Positions 1 to 8,360 of a DNA stretch of 20,000 bases are shown here, one piece after another. Below the pieces are notes generated by a model. It was not told the origin of the DNA and did no database searches. It saw only the letters and a list, made by a program, of their open reading frames with translations. The translations under genes and the position numbers were made by a program. Numbering within the stretch: position 1 is the first letter of the stretch; the number at the start of each line of letters is the position of its first letter. The stretch comes from Chiloscyllium plagiosum (Eukaryota): NCBI RefSeq assembly GCF_004010195.1, contig NC_057750.1, positions 14,545,086 through 14,565,085 on the forward strand, in the 5' to 3' direction.

Positions 1-13
1 ACATTCACATCAC

Positions 14-625
14 CAACAACCGCAGAACGCTGGTGTTGGGGATGGAGATAAATTATGCAGTGGGTGACTCACTCGTAACCGTCTAATTTAGAAGAAACAC
101 GCCACACGCAAGCCTTGAGTATTGACTGGTTTATTCATGAGCACCTGGGGAGAGACAAGTCGACCGAATGATCACCAGTCACTCCAAAGAGATTTAAAGA
201 GTTGAATGATTACCAGGTTACAATCATTTAACAATTAGCAAACTGTTAATTGCAGGATAATGATCAAGCTAAGCACATTGCCCAGTCATTAGCTTCAGTC
301 ACGTAATGTCTGGACAGTGTCGGTTATTAGCTGATAAGCAGGTGTTAGTATACACGAGGTCCTTGCAAAGAGAAGAATAGCCCTATCAGGTACCCCTACA
401 GCTGCAAGGCAAACCATCTTAGCTGGACATGGGAAAACACAGACATTCAGCAAGCAAGCACTAAGGTGAGATTCAAAATGGTTTCCAGGCTTTTAATATG
501 TGACAAAATGGCTGCCCCAAATCTAGCAATTCTCCCACAGCTGGAGAAACTCATCAGGTTCTGGCAACATCTGTGGAAACAGGAACAGTTAGTATTTTGA
601 GTCGAGTATGACTCTTCTTTAGAAC
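14..625 (-). mobile_element. Penelope-like element terminal repeat fragment with degenerate hammerhead-ribozyme motif, split by the solo LTR (pieces ~14-33 and 540-625)
   Basis: Removing the LTR and one TSD copy gives cagaacGCTGGagaaactcatcaggttctggcaacatctgtgg...gagtcgagtatgactcttctttagaa, which resembles an abundant shark repeat as I recall it. The minus strand reads CTAAAGA-ag-AGTC-atactc-GACT-c-AAAA, a mutated CUGANGA/stem II/GAAA core. Confidence 0.6.
34..539 (-). mobile_element. Solo LTR (endogenous retrovirus or LTR retrotransposon), 506 bp
   Basis: Starts TGTTGGGGA (34) and ends TCTCCCACA (539), giving TG...CA imperfect inverted termini. Perfect 5-bp TSD GCTGG at 29-33 and 540-544. 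Minus-strand AATAAA at 135-130 and TATA-like TTTAAA at ~193-198. YY1-type CAAAATGGCTGCC at 504-516. Confidence 0.85.
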
Positions 626-978
626 ATTCGTAGTAACTTGGTGAAAGTTTGAGCTATCGGTGAGCATAGTGTATGCTCCTAGCTATAAAAAAAATCTGCA
701 CCCATTCCTGCTCCTCGATGGTCAGCCTACAGGATTGTTTCCCCATTTACCTCTTAGCTTCCCTGCATCAGCTGGAATCCACTGGTTTCCCTATACACTC
801 CAAAGGTGTATAGCAATTGTTTGATTAATACAGTCTGTGAAAGTGGACCATTTGCTGCAGGAGTGCAATGGCTTCATCTTCACACTTCCCGCCCATTGGT
901 AATGATCACACAAAAATCTCTCCACATGTCTTGAGAGTAAGCAGAAAGCTAATGTAGCCTTCATCCCTGTTCTTGTAG

Positions 979-1074
<96 letters not shown>

Positions 1075-2685
1075 AGGAGTCTCTGGAACTAACACAGTGA
1101 CTGTCAAAATATTACACTTGTAATGACCTTTGAATTTTACCTGGTTCCTTGCTAAAGTTTGTGAATTGTGTGTCACTGCTTCTTGCTGTGAGACAAATGT
1201 TTGTTTAAAAAAAAAAGGACAAATACCTGAAGTGAATTTTATTACATAGACTGTTTTTTTTTAAACAAAGTACCTGGACCGGTCTTGATTGCGTATGAAA
1301 ACTGGACATTGCTGCTTTTGCACACTTGAACCAGTTAATGAGCCTTGATATAGATTTGTACTTTAGTATACAATGAAAAGCCTGGATAAATATTTTGTCT
1401 AACATTTTTGTGAATGGGAAGAAAGGTTGAAAATAAGTGCCTTAGCCTTATCCTGTAATAAGTTATATTGAACGAAGGCCTTTTTATCTTTTCTTCTGCA
1501 AATTTTAGTAGCCTAGTCAGAGCCATAATAGCTGCCTCCAACTTTCAACTGTTACTTCAGTACTGACCACTGAAATAGCTATTAAATTTCGAGCAGTTGT
1601 TTTGTGCTTGCAATATTATTAATCATAATGATTTTTGGTGGAGTTCCCAAAATCTAATTACTGTCATCAAAAGACATGCTAAGTAGGGCAGGAAATGTTT
1701 TCTGAAAAGTAGTCGGAACAATGAGATATCTTCAACTGCTCTACCTAAAAGTTCCCATCTGGACATGTTTTCCATTGCACCCTATGCATTTGTTTATAAC
1801 TGATTGCAAAAACAGTGACAAATACCAAAACTTGTAGCAAAGGTTCACCCTCATGAAGGCTGGAATGTATTTTTTTAATACGTTTTGAAAATGTATGCTC
1901 TAATTTTAAGTATTGCATTGGATCCCTGAAACAAAAGTTGAAATGATTATTCTAATTAATTTACCTTGTGAAGGTATCTTTAAGGTATCAAGTATTTATT
2001 TAATTTGCTATTTGTGTTTGCTAATCTTTTGAGTTTATGTTCTGTTTAATGTAATTTATTGTGACAGTTTCATCTTGTGTATGAGAAGGGTGTGAGAGTT
2101 CTTAAGCAGCCTGCTCCCAGCATTCTGAATCTGGGGTCGGTATGGTTAAAGCTTTCTTAGTACACCTTTCAAAAGCAGCTGCAAAGGTTCCTTTGTCCTG
2201 ATTGCTTCAAAAGGGATGATAACTATAGCACTTCAAAACCCAGCCTCTGGTTTACAGTTTTCTCTCAAACTGACTTTCTTCAAGAATCAGGATACAGACT
2301 TTTTTTTTCCCCAAGTGATGTGTTTACTTCACATTAAACATCTGTGAATCTCTTGACTGTTCCCCTCAAAAGGTTAAAGCTATTGAGGAACAGCAGATGA
2401 GGACATTCCTCAGACAACCTGTCCAAGTAAACCCATGCTAAAGTTTATTTTTGTTAAAAAAGGAAGTGTTTTTATGCTGGAAATGATGAATTATAGAAAA
2501 ACTCAATTGCGATTAATTAATATTAATGCACTTCACAAATAAGGCTGCACTATCCATCTGTGGCCTTTTGTGTACATTATCCATGTCCAGTTTTTCACCC
2601 AGTTCTGTTTGAGAAACATGAAAATAATGTAGGTTGAATTATGTGAATGCACCTAAGTTGGCAAATAAAATCCAACTTGCTTAAA
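1075..2685 (+). other. Putative 3'UTR of the above gene
   Basis: ~1.6 kb AT-rich and free of recognisable TEs in an otherwise TE-saturated window. Contains poly-T/A tracts and several miRNA seed matches, and ends at AATAAA plus a downstream GT-rich element. Confidence 0.7.
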
Positions 2686-2694
2686 CTGTCTGTG
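2664..2694 (+). promoter_or_regulatory. Polyadenylation signal (AATAAA 2664-2669) with downstream TGTCTGTG element
   Basis: Canonical hexamer with a GT-rich element ~20 nt downstream. Alternative signals: ATTAAA at 1581 and 2333, AATAAA at 2975. Confidence 0.6.
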
Positions 2695-3127
2695 CTAATT
2701 ATCATTCATTAAAGCTTTAGCTCTGAGGAAGCCAACTCCATTCCCATCCCGGCATGTGCAGATAAAACTAGTTTGCTCATCATTGTTCAGCTGCGTAAGA
2801 AGGAAAATAACCAGGGCAGTAAATATGCCTCATGATTTAGAAAGAGCTTTAATTGAGCAGAGATGTGTAATTCATGTCAGGCAATTTTGTTTTACATTGT
2901 ACTGAGAACTTTGGAGGAATGAGAGGCTCTTGTGAAGCAGACCTGCACCTCAAAGCAGTGTTACAAGCTGGTTAAATAAATTGGTTACATTCTGCAAACT
3001 CGTTTTCTACATTATAATTACATGATCTATTTGCAAGTTTATACCTGCTCAGTCCTGGATAGACTGCCTTTAACCAGGGTGAACTTCTTCAGTGGGATGC
3101 AACCTCTCGTTGATAGCTTCTTGCAAA

Positions 3128-3406
3128 TTCATGGACTGCACCACCATTTCCAGGTTCACCTTCAAATCCCCCACAATCTTAACTTGAACATACGTCACCA
3201 TTCCTTTATCACCACATGGACAAAATCCTTGGACTCTACACCTAATACCAGTGTGGGAGCCCTTTCACCACACAGACACACACACACACACACACACAGT
3301 GCAGGAGTTCAAGAAGGTGACTCGCCACCACCTTCTTGAGAGACTAGGAATGGGCAGCAAATTATAGCCTTGGCAACAATGCCCATAATCCCATGAATCA
3401 AAAGAA
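3128..3406 (+). mobile_element. 3' fragment of a CR1/L2-group LINE with the tail shared by Deu-domain SINEs
   Basis: gttcaagaaggtgactcgccaccaccttcttgag...ctaggaatgggcagcaaat...cccatgaatcaaaa. The same tail type ends the SINE at ~16690-16750. Confidence 0.75.
3276..3298. repeat. (AC)n microsatellite within LINE fragment
   Basis: About 11 perfect AC units. Confidence 0.95.
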
Positions 3407-4282
3407 GCAGGAGGTCTGCTACCATCTCAGGAGCAGACTGGCAGTGGGGGGGTGGTGGAGGTTGTATGAGATCCCCTGATTGATATGGGACTCCAGTGGC
3501 AGACAAGGACAGCTGTGGGCCAACTGGGATCTTAAATTGTCACTTTGAGGTCCCTTCCTGCTGTCACTGGTTCCAGCTGAAGGCTGGGGTGGCTGCACCA
3601 TGTTATGAGGTATATCCAAGCAACCTGAGCAGAGTTCTACACTGTTTCGCCTGTCATGACTTGAAGAGCTATCCCTGGTCTCTTGACCATCCCCTCACCA
3701 TGGCACAGCCTGTTGAGTCACAGTCAGTATGCTTTTCAGAGACATGCTCATGACATCATAGCATATGGCCTGAGGGTATAATGATCTCATTGCTCATCTT
3801 ACCCAGAGCACTTGAAGCACAACACTCTACTGGAAACATACTTCTCTGTTGTAGATTAATAGTTCGACAATAGCCCAGACAAATATGTGCCTGAGGAATG
3901 TGGTATTTGTACATACGTTAGTTGCAACCAATGCCTGTTGGATTCCTCAATAGCTCAGGATTCAATTCCAGTTTCCTATATTATTGGAGCTAACATGAGC
4001 ATTGCCATATTAGGTAATACACCCTGCTGGAGACAGGCTTAACCCTGCTGGGACTGAAGAACTGCTGATACTCTGATTCACAGAAATAGGATTCCTTGCT
4101 TTAAATGAGGTGGAAGCCATGTATTCAGGCAAATAATTACCGAAGACCATTAAAATCCAGTCATGACTCCCAAGGCCAGAAAAGATTGCCTGTGACTTTT
4201 CAGTCAGTGGGTGGGGTCACTGCCTCTGCATTAAATTCTGACCACCAAGCCAGCTCCCTGCAACACTGAAGCCAAGGCACTG

Positions 4283-4380
4283 AGAGAGTCCAGAACTAGG
4301 GACGCAGTTTAAAAACTGCCACACTTAGATCGGCTGTGATCTCATCATGTCTTGGAGCAGGCCTAAGGGGCTGAATGGCC
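4283..4380 (+). mobile_element. Short, internally deleted CR1 3'-end remnant
   Basis: gagtccagaactagggacgcagtttaaaaa and ggagcaggcctaaggggctgaatggcc resemble other CR1 3' ends in the window (e.g. 19550-19585). Confidence 0.6.
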
Positions 4381-4807
4381 GCAACCAAGGTGAATATCCA
4401 GGACACACCCAATGCACAAAGAGCTTTCATTGGGAAGAGGTGAAGGCCGTGCAGAAACCTTCAAACAGCCCATTTACCCAGCACTTTAAGCACAACCCTG
4501 CTTCAGAATCGGCAGAATCTGTAGATTACACATTGGATTATCAACCATCGCCAAACCAGAGTGGGAACATGCCCCCTCAATCCTGAGGCACTGCCCACAA
4601 GAGACATGAGAATGTGGAGCAGACTCAAACCTTATACTAATCCATTTTGTTCTTTTTCTAACTTTACAATTAAAGAAATGAGTTGAACAATGGGGAAATG
4701 TAGATTTATGACTTATCTGCATTAATGCTACTTGCAGAGTGTTTTGACAAGTGTTTAAAAATCTCATTTATACTGGAGGACAGTACAAAGATTTGCACTG
4801 TATTCTA

Positions 4808-4930
4808 CACATCCACGTCCCTCCACCACCGATGCTTCAGTAGCAGCAGTGTGTACTATCTAAAAGATGCACTGCAGAAATTCTCCAAAGATACTCAGAC
4901 AGCACCTTCCAAACCCACAACCATTTCCCT
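4808..4930 (+). mobile_element. LINE ORF2 fragment (likely same family as 3128-3406)
   Basis: ccctccaccaccgatgcttcagtagcagcagtgtgtactatctaaaagatgcactgcagaaattc...cagcaccttccaaaccc, encoding an SLHHR...YKMHC-like C-terminal ORF2 motif (frameshifted). Confidence 0.7.
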
Positions 4931-5383
4931 ATTGAATATTATGGGTTGGCAAAGTTAATTGGGAATCTGTGAGAGTGTGAGGTTCTCTGGCTCTGATTTG
5001 TGATTCACCCTGTGCTTTCTGAGGGGCCCAGGCTGGGCACTGGCTGTAAGCTTCTTCCTGGCAATATGCCACCTTTGATGCTCACTTATTGTTTCATTGC
5101 CCTCTTTCAGGGTCACTTTAACCTCCCCACAAAAGCTCAGTTTTCATTGTGCAAATCTGCCAAAGATGCCCAAGAGCAGTGAGCTCACTGTTCTTGGTGA
5201 GGGTTGCCTGGGTGATGTGCCACCCTTGGGTGGGCTGGCTCCAAACCAGATCCACAGAGGGTACTGGTCACCTGTCACTAGCCAAGCTAGACCTAACTCG
5301 ATATAAAGCATCTGTAAGACCATGATAAAACTCTGCTCACCAACATTTGTCCCTGTGGCAGCTTGGCGTGTTAATTACACAGA

Positions 5384-5678
5384 GCGGTGACACGGTGGCC
5401 CAGTGGTTAGCACTGCTGCCTCACAGCACCAGGGACCTGGGTTTGATCCCAGCCTCAGGCGACTGTGTGGAGTTTGCATATTCTCCCCGTGTCTGTGTGG
5501 GTTTCCTCCCACAGTCTAAAGATGTGCAGGTCAGGTGGATTGGCCATGCTAAATTACCCATAGTGTTAGGTTCATTAGTCAGGGGGAAATGTAGAGGGTG
5601 AGTTAATCTTTAGAGGGTCATTGTGGACTTGTTGGGCCAAATGACTTGTTTCCACACTGTAGGCAATCTAACCTAATC
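5384..5678 (+). mobile_element. HE1-type tRNA-derived SINE, near full length
   Basis: Pol III box A (TGGCCCAGTGG ~5396), box B (GGTTTGATCCC ~5440), central gtgtggagtttgca..ttctccccgtg domain, CR1-like 3' tail and aatcta terminal repeats. Confidence 0.9.
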
Positions 5679-5887
5679 AGCAGAATCTTCTTTATGAGCA
5701 AATCCTGACTGTGGCATCACAAAAGCTGCTTCACAACATCATAAAGCAGTGAAACCCTGATGTCAAGCGAAGGTCTGTGTGTGATTGAAGATTCTTACCT
5801 GTCCTTTTGCTGACAGTGCAGGTACAATGGAGAGGTTATCACGCACCACCACACGGTTTCCATCTCTCCTGTGAGCTGCTGCTGGTA

Positions 5888-5905
5888 CACGTGACTGATG
5901 ATTGG
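5888..5905 (-). promoter_or_regulatory. Candidate NF-Y (CCAAT) plus USF/TFE E-box (GTCACGTG) module
   Basis: Minus strand reads ggCCAATcatcaGTCACGTGta in a unique, CpG-retaining island. A consensus splice donor CAG|GTAAGA lies at 5799/5798. Confidence 0.4.
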
Positions 5906-6039
5906 CCATTTTCCAGCCCGCGCTGTCCCCATCTCACTCCCTTCCCTCTCTGTTGGACTCTGGAGCACCGTCAACTCTGGACGTAGTGCACATTCTCCCC
6001 CCCTAGGGTTGTCACCTGGACAGCCACATGTCAGGTAGG

Positions 6040-7550
6040 ATTGATTGGGTTTTTTGAGAAAGTGACAAAGATGATTGATGAGGGCAGAGCGGTAGGTGTT
6101 ATCTACATGAACTTTAGCAAGGCCTTTGAAACATAGAAAATGGATGCAAGAGTAGGCCATTTGTACTTCTGAGCTTGCATCACCATTCAATACAATCATG
6201 GATAATCATGCAATCTCAGTATCCCATTCCCGCTCTCTCCCCATGCCCTTTCATCCCTTTAGCCACACAGGCCATGTCCAGCTCCATCTTGAATATACCT
6301 CATGAACTGGCCCCAACAGCTTCCTGCGGGAGAGAATTCCACAGGTTCACAACTCTCTGAGGGAAGAAATTCTTCCTCACCTCCGTCCTGAATGGCTTAC
6401 CCCTTACTCTTAGACTGTGACCCTTCATGACAAGGTCCCTCACGGTAGGCTGATACAGAAGGTGAGGCCACATGGGATCCACAGTGAGCTCGTAAGATGT
6501 ACATCGAACTGACTTGGTCATAGAGGATAGAGAGTACTGGTGGCAGAATATTTTTCTGACTAGAGATCTGTGCCTAATGGTGTTCCACAGGATTCAGTGC
6601 TGGGAACCCTGTTGTTTGTAATGTATGTTATAACTCATATATAATAATATATTATATAAATTATTTGGAGGAAAATGTAAATGGCCTGATTGTGAGTCTG
6701 CAGACAACACAAAAGTTGAGAGAGCTACTGATAGTAATGAAGATTGCCAGAGGATACAGATCGGTTGCAGACTCGGGTAGAGAAATGGCAGATGGCCCTT
6801 AATCTGGGCAGACGCGAGATGATGCGTTTTGGAAGGAGGGAGTATTCAGTGAAAGGCAGAACTCTTAGAAACATTAACATACAGAGGGACCTAGACATGC
6901 AGATCTACAGTTCCCTGAGAGTGACAACACAAGTGGATATGGTGGTCATGATGGCGTATGACATGCTAACCTTATCAGTCAGGGTTTAGCTTTTACAAAA
7001 ATCGGCAAATCATGTTGCAGCTGTATACAATTTAGTTAGGCCACATTTGGAATATTGCACACACTACCAGAAGGATGTGGAGACTTTGGAGAGTACAGAA
7101 AAGGATCTAGAATGTATTAGCCATAAGGAGAAATTGAACAAACTTGGTTTGTTTTCACTTGAACGTCAGAGGCTGAGGGGTGATTTGATAGAGGTTTACA
7201 AAATTATGAGAGACATGGATAGAATGGATTGTTGGGAGTCTTTTTCTCAGGATGGAAATGTCAATTATGAGGAGAATGGATTTCAGGTAAAGGAGGAAAG
7301 GTTAAAGGAGATGTGAAAGGCAAGTTTCTTTACGCAGAGGGTGGCAAGTGCCTGGGATCTGCTACCAGAGGTGATGGTGGAGGCAGGTACAATAGAAAAG
7401 TTTAAGTGGCATCGCAACAGGTCTGTAAATAGGTAGGGAACAGAGGGATACTGACCAGATAGAAGCAAATGGTTTTTAGTTTAGAAAAACATCATGTGTC
7501 GATCCCGTCCTGATGGGCTGAAGGGCCTGTTCCTGTGCTGTACTATTCTT
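6040..7550 (+). mobile_element. 5'-truncated, degenerate CR1/HER1-like LINE (RT to 3' end), interrupted at 6130-6427
   Basis: Translates FEKVTKMIDEGRAVGVIYMNFSKAF / DKVPHGRLIQKV, GVPQDSVLG, ADNTKV (FADDTK-like) and LFSLERQRLRGDLIEVYKIM. The 3' end is gaagggcctgttcctgtgctgta. Confidence 0.9.
6130..6427 (-). mobile_element. CR1 3' fragment nested antisense inside the CR1 above
   Basis: Minus strand encodes GHSLRVRGKPFRTEVRKNFFPQRVVNLWNSLPQEAV. It splits the host KAF|DKV motif and is flanked by TGA (6127-6129, 6428-6430). Confidence 0.9.
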
Positions 7551-7824
7551 CTTTGTTATTGATTCCTGGCCAGAGCCTGTGAATGATCAAAAATATTTGG
7601 ATTATGCTAGTTACCAAGCAGGGACTCTCGAAAGGAGTTTGAAAATGATGCTGCGACCGTACGTTCTCTGAAATGACTATTCCATCTCGGCATAAGCTCG
7701 ATTTATTTCTTAAACCTGTTCTCTTCAGCTGCACTCACTTGTCTCTTTTTCATAATTCTCCCTCCTACTGTTCTGTCCAAATTGGTTCTGTTTGCTCTCC
7801 CTCACTTCTCAACCACTCTCACAA

Positions 7825-8220
7825 GGACGAGAGGAAATCTAATTGAGATATGTAAGATGCTAAAGGGGGTTTAAAAAGTAGACTTGGACAGAATGTTACC
7901 CCCCGTGGGGTAATTTAGAACGAGAGGCCGTGGTTTTAGGGTAAGGGCTGACAGATTTAAAAAAGAGATGAGAGGAATTACTTCTTTCAAAGGGTTGTGA
8001 GTTGATGGAATTCACTTCCCTAGAGTGTGGTAGACGCTGGGACACTGAATATGTTGAAGAAGGAAATGAGTAGATATTTAATTAGTAATGGGTTAAAGAC
8101 TCATGGAGAGCGGGCGGGAAAATGGAGTTGAGGCCAAGATGAGATCAGCTGTTGTCATATTAAAATGCAGAGCAGGTTCAAGGGACTGAATTGCCCATTT
8201 CTGCTCTTAGTTCTTAGGTT
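7825..8220 (+). mobile_element. CR1 3' fragment
   Basis: RGNLIEICKMLKG-like start, gagatgagaggaattacttctttcaaagggttgtgagttgatggaattcac, and a CR1-type 3' tail. Confidence 0.85.
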
Positions 8221-8360
8221 TAGAAAGTCTTTTCTTTGTTGACCCTTATTTCTTCCCCATGGCTACCCCCTCAGTCGCTCACAATCCCCACACCCCCATG
8301 TCATGGGACCTCCAGCACTAGGTAGCAGTCATGGGAGGAGGCACTGAGCATGGAAAGCTT

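Noticed and set aside
3022..3753. Cluster of short overlapping ORFs
   Set aside because: They overlap a LINE tail and microsatellite, have no recognisable domain, and lack convincing splice signals.
5384..5460. tRNA gene
   Set aside because: A/B boxes are present but continue into a SINE body and tail; it is a tRNA-derived SINE head (likewise at 12510, 16486, 17558 and 17761).
5795..6199. 134-aa minus-strand ORF
   Set aside because: Chimeric: its 5' half is CR1 sequence from two different insertions, so it is not a coherent gene.
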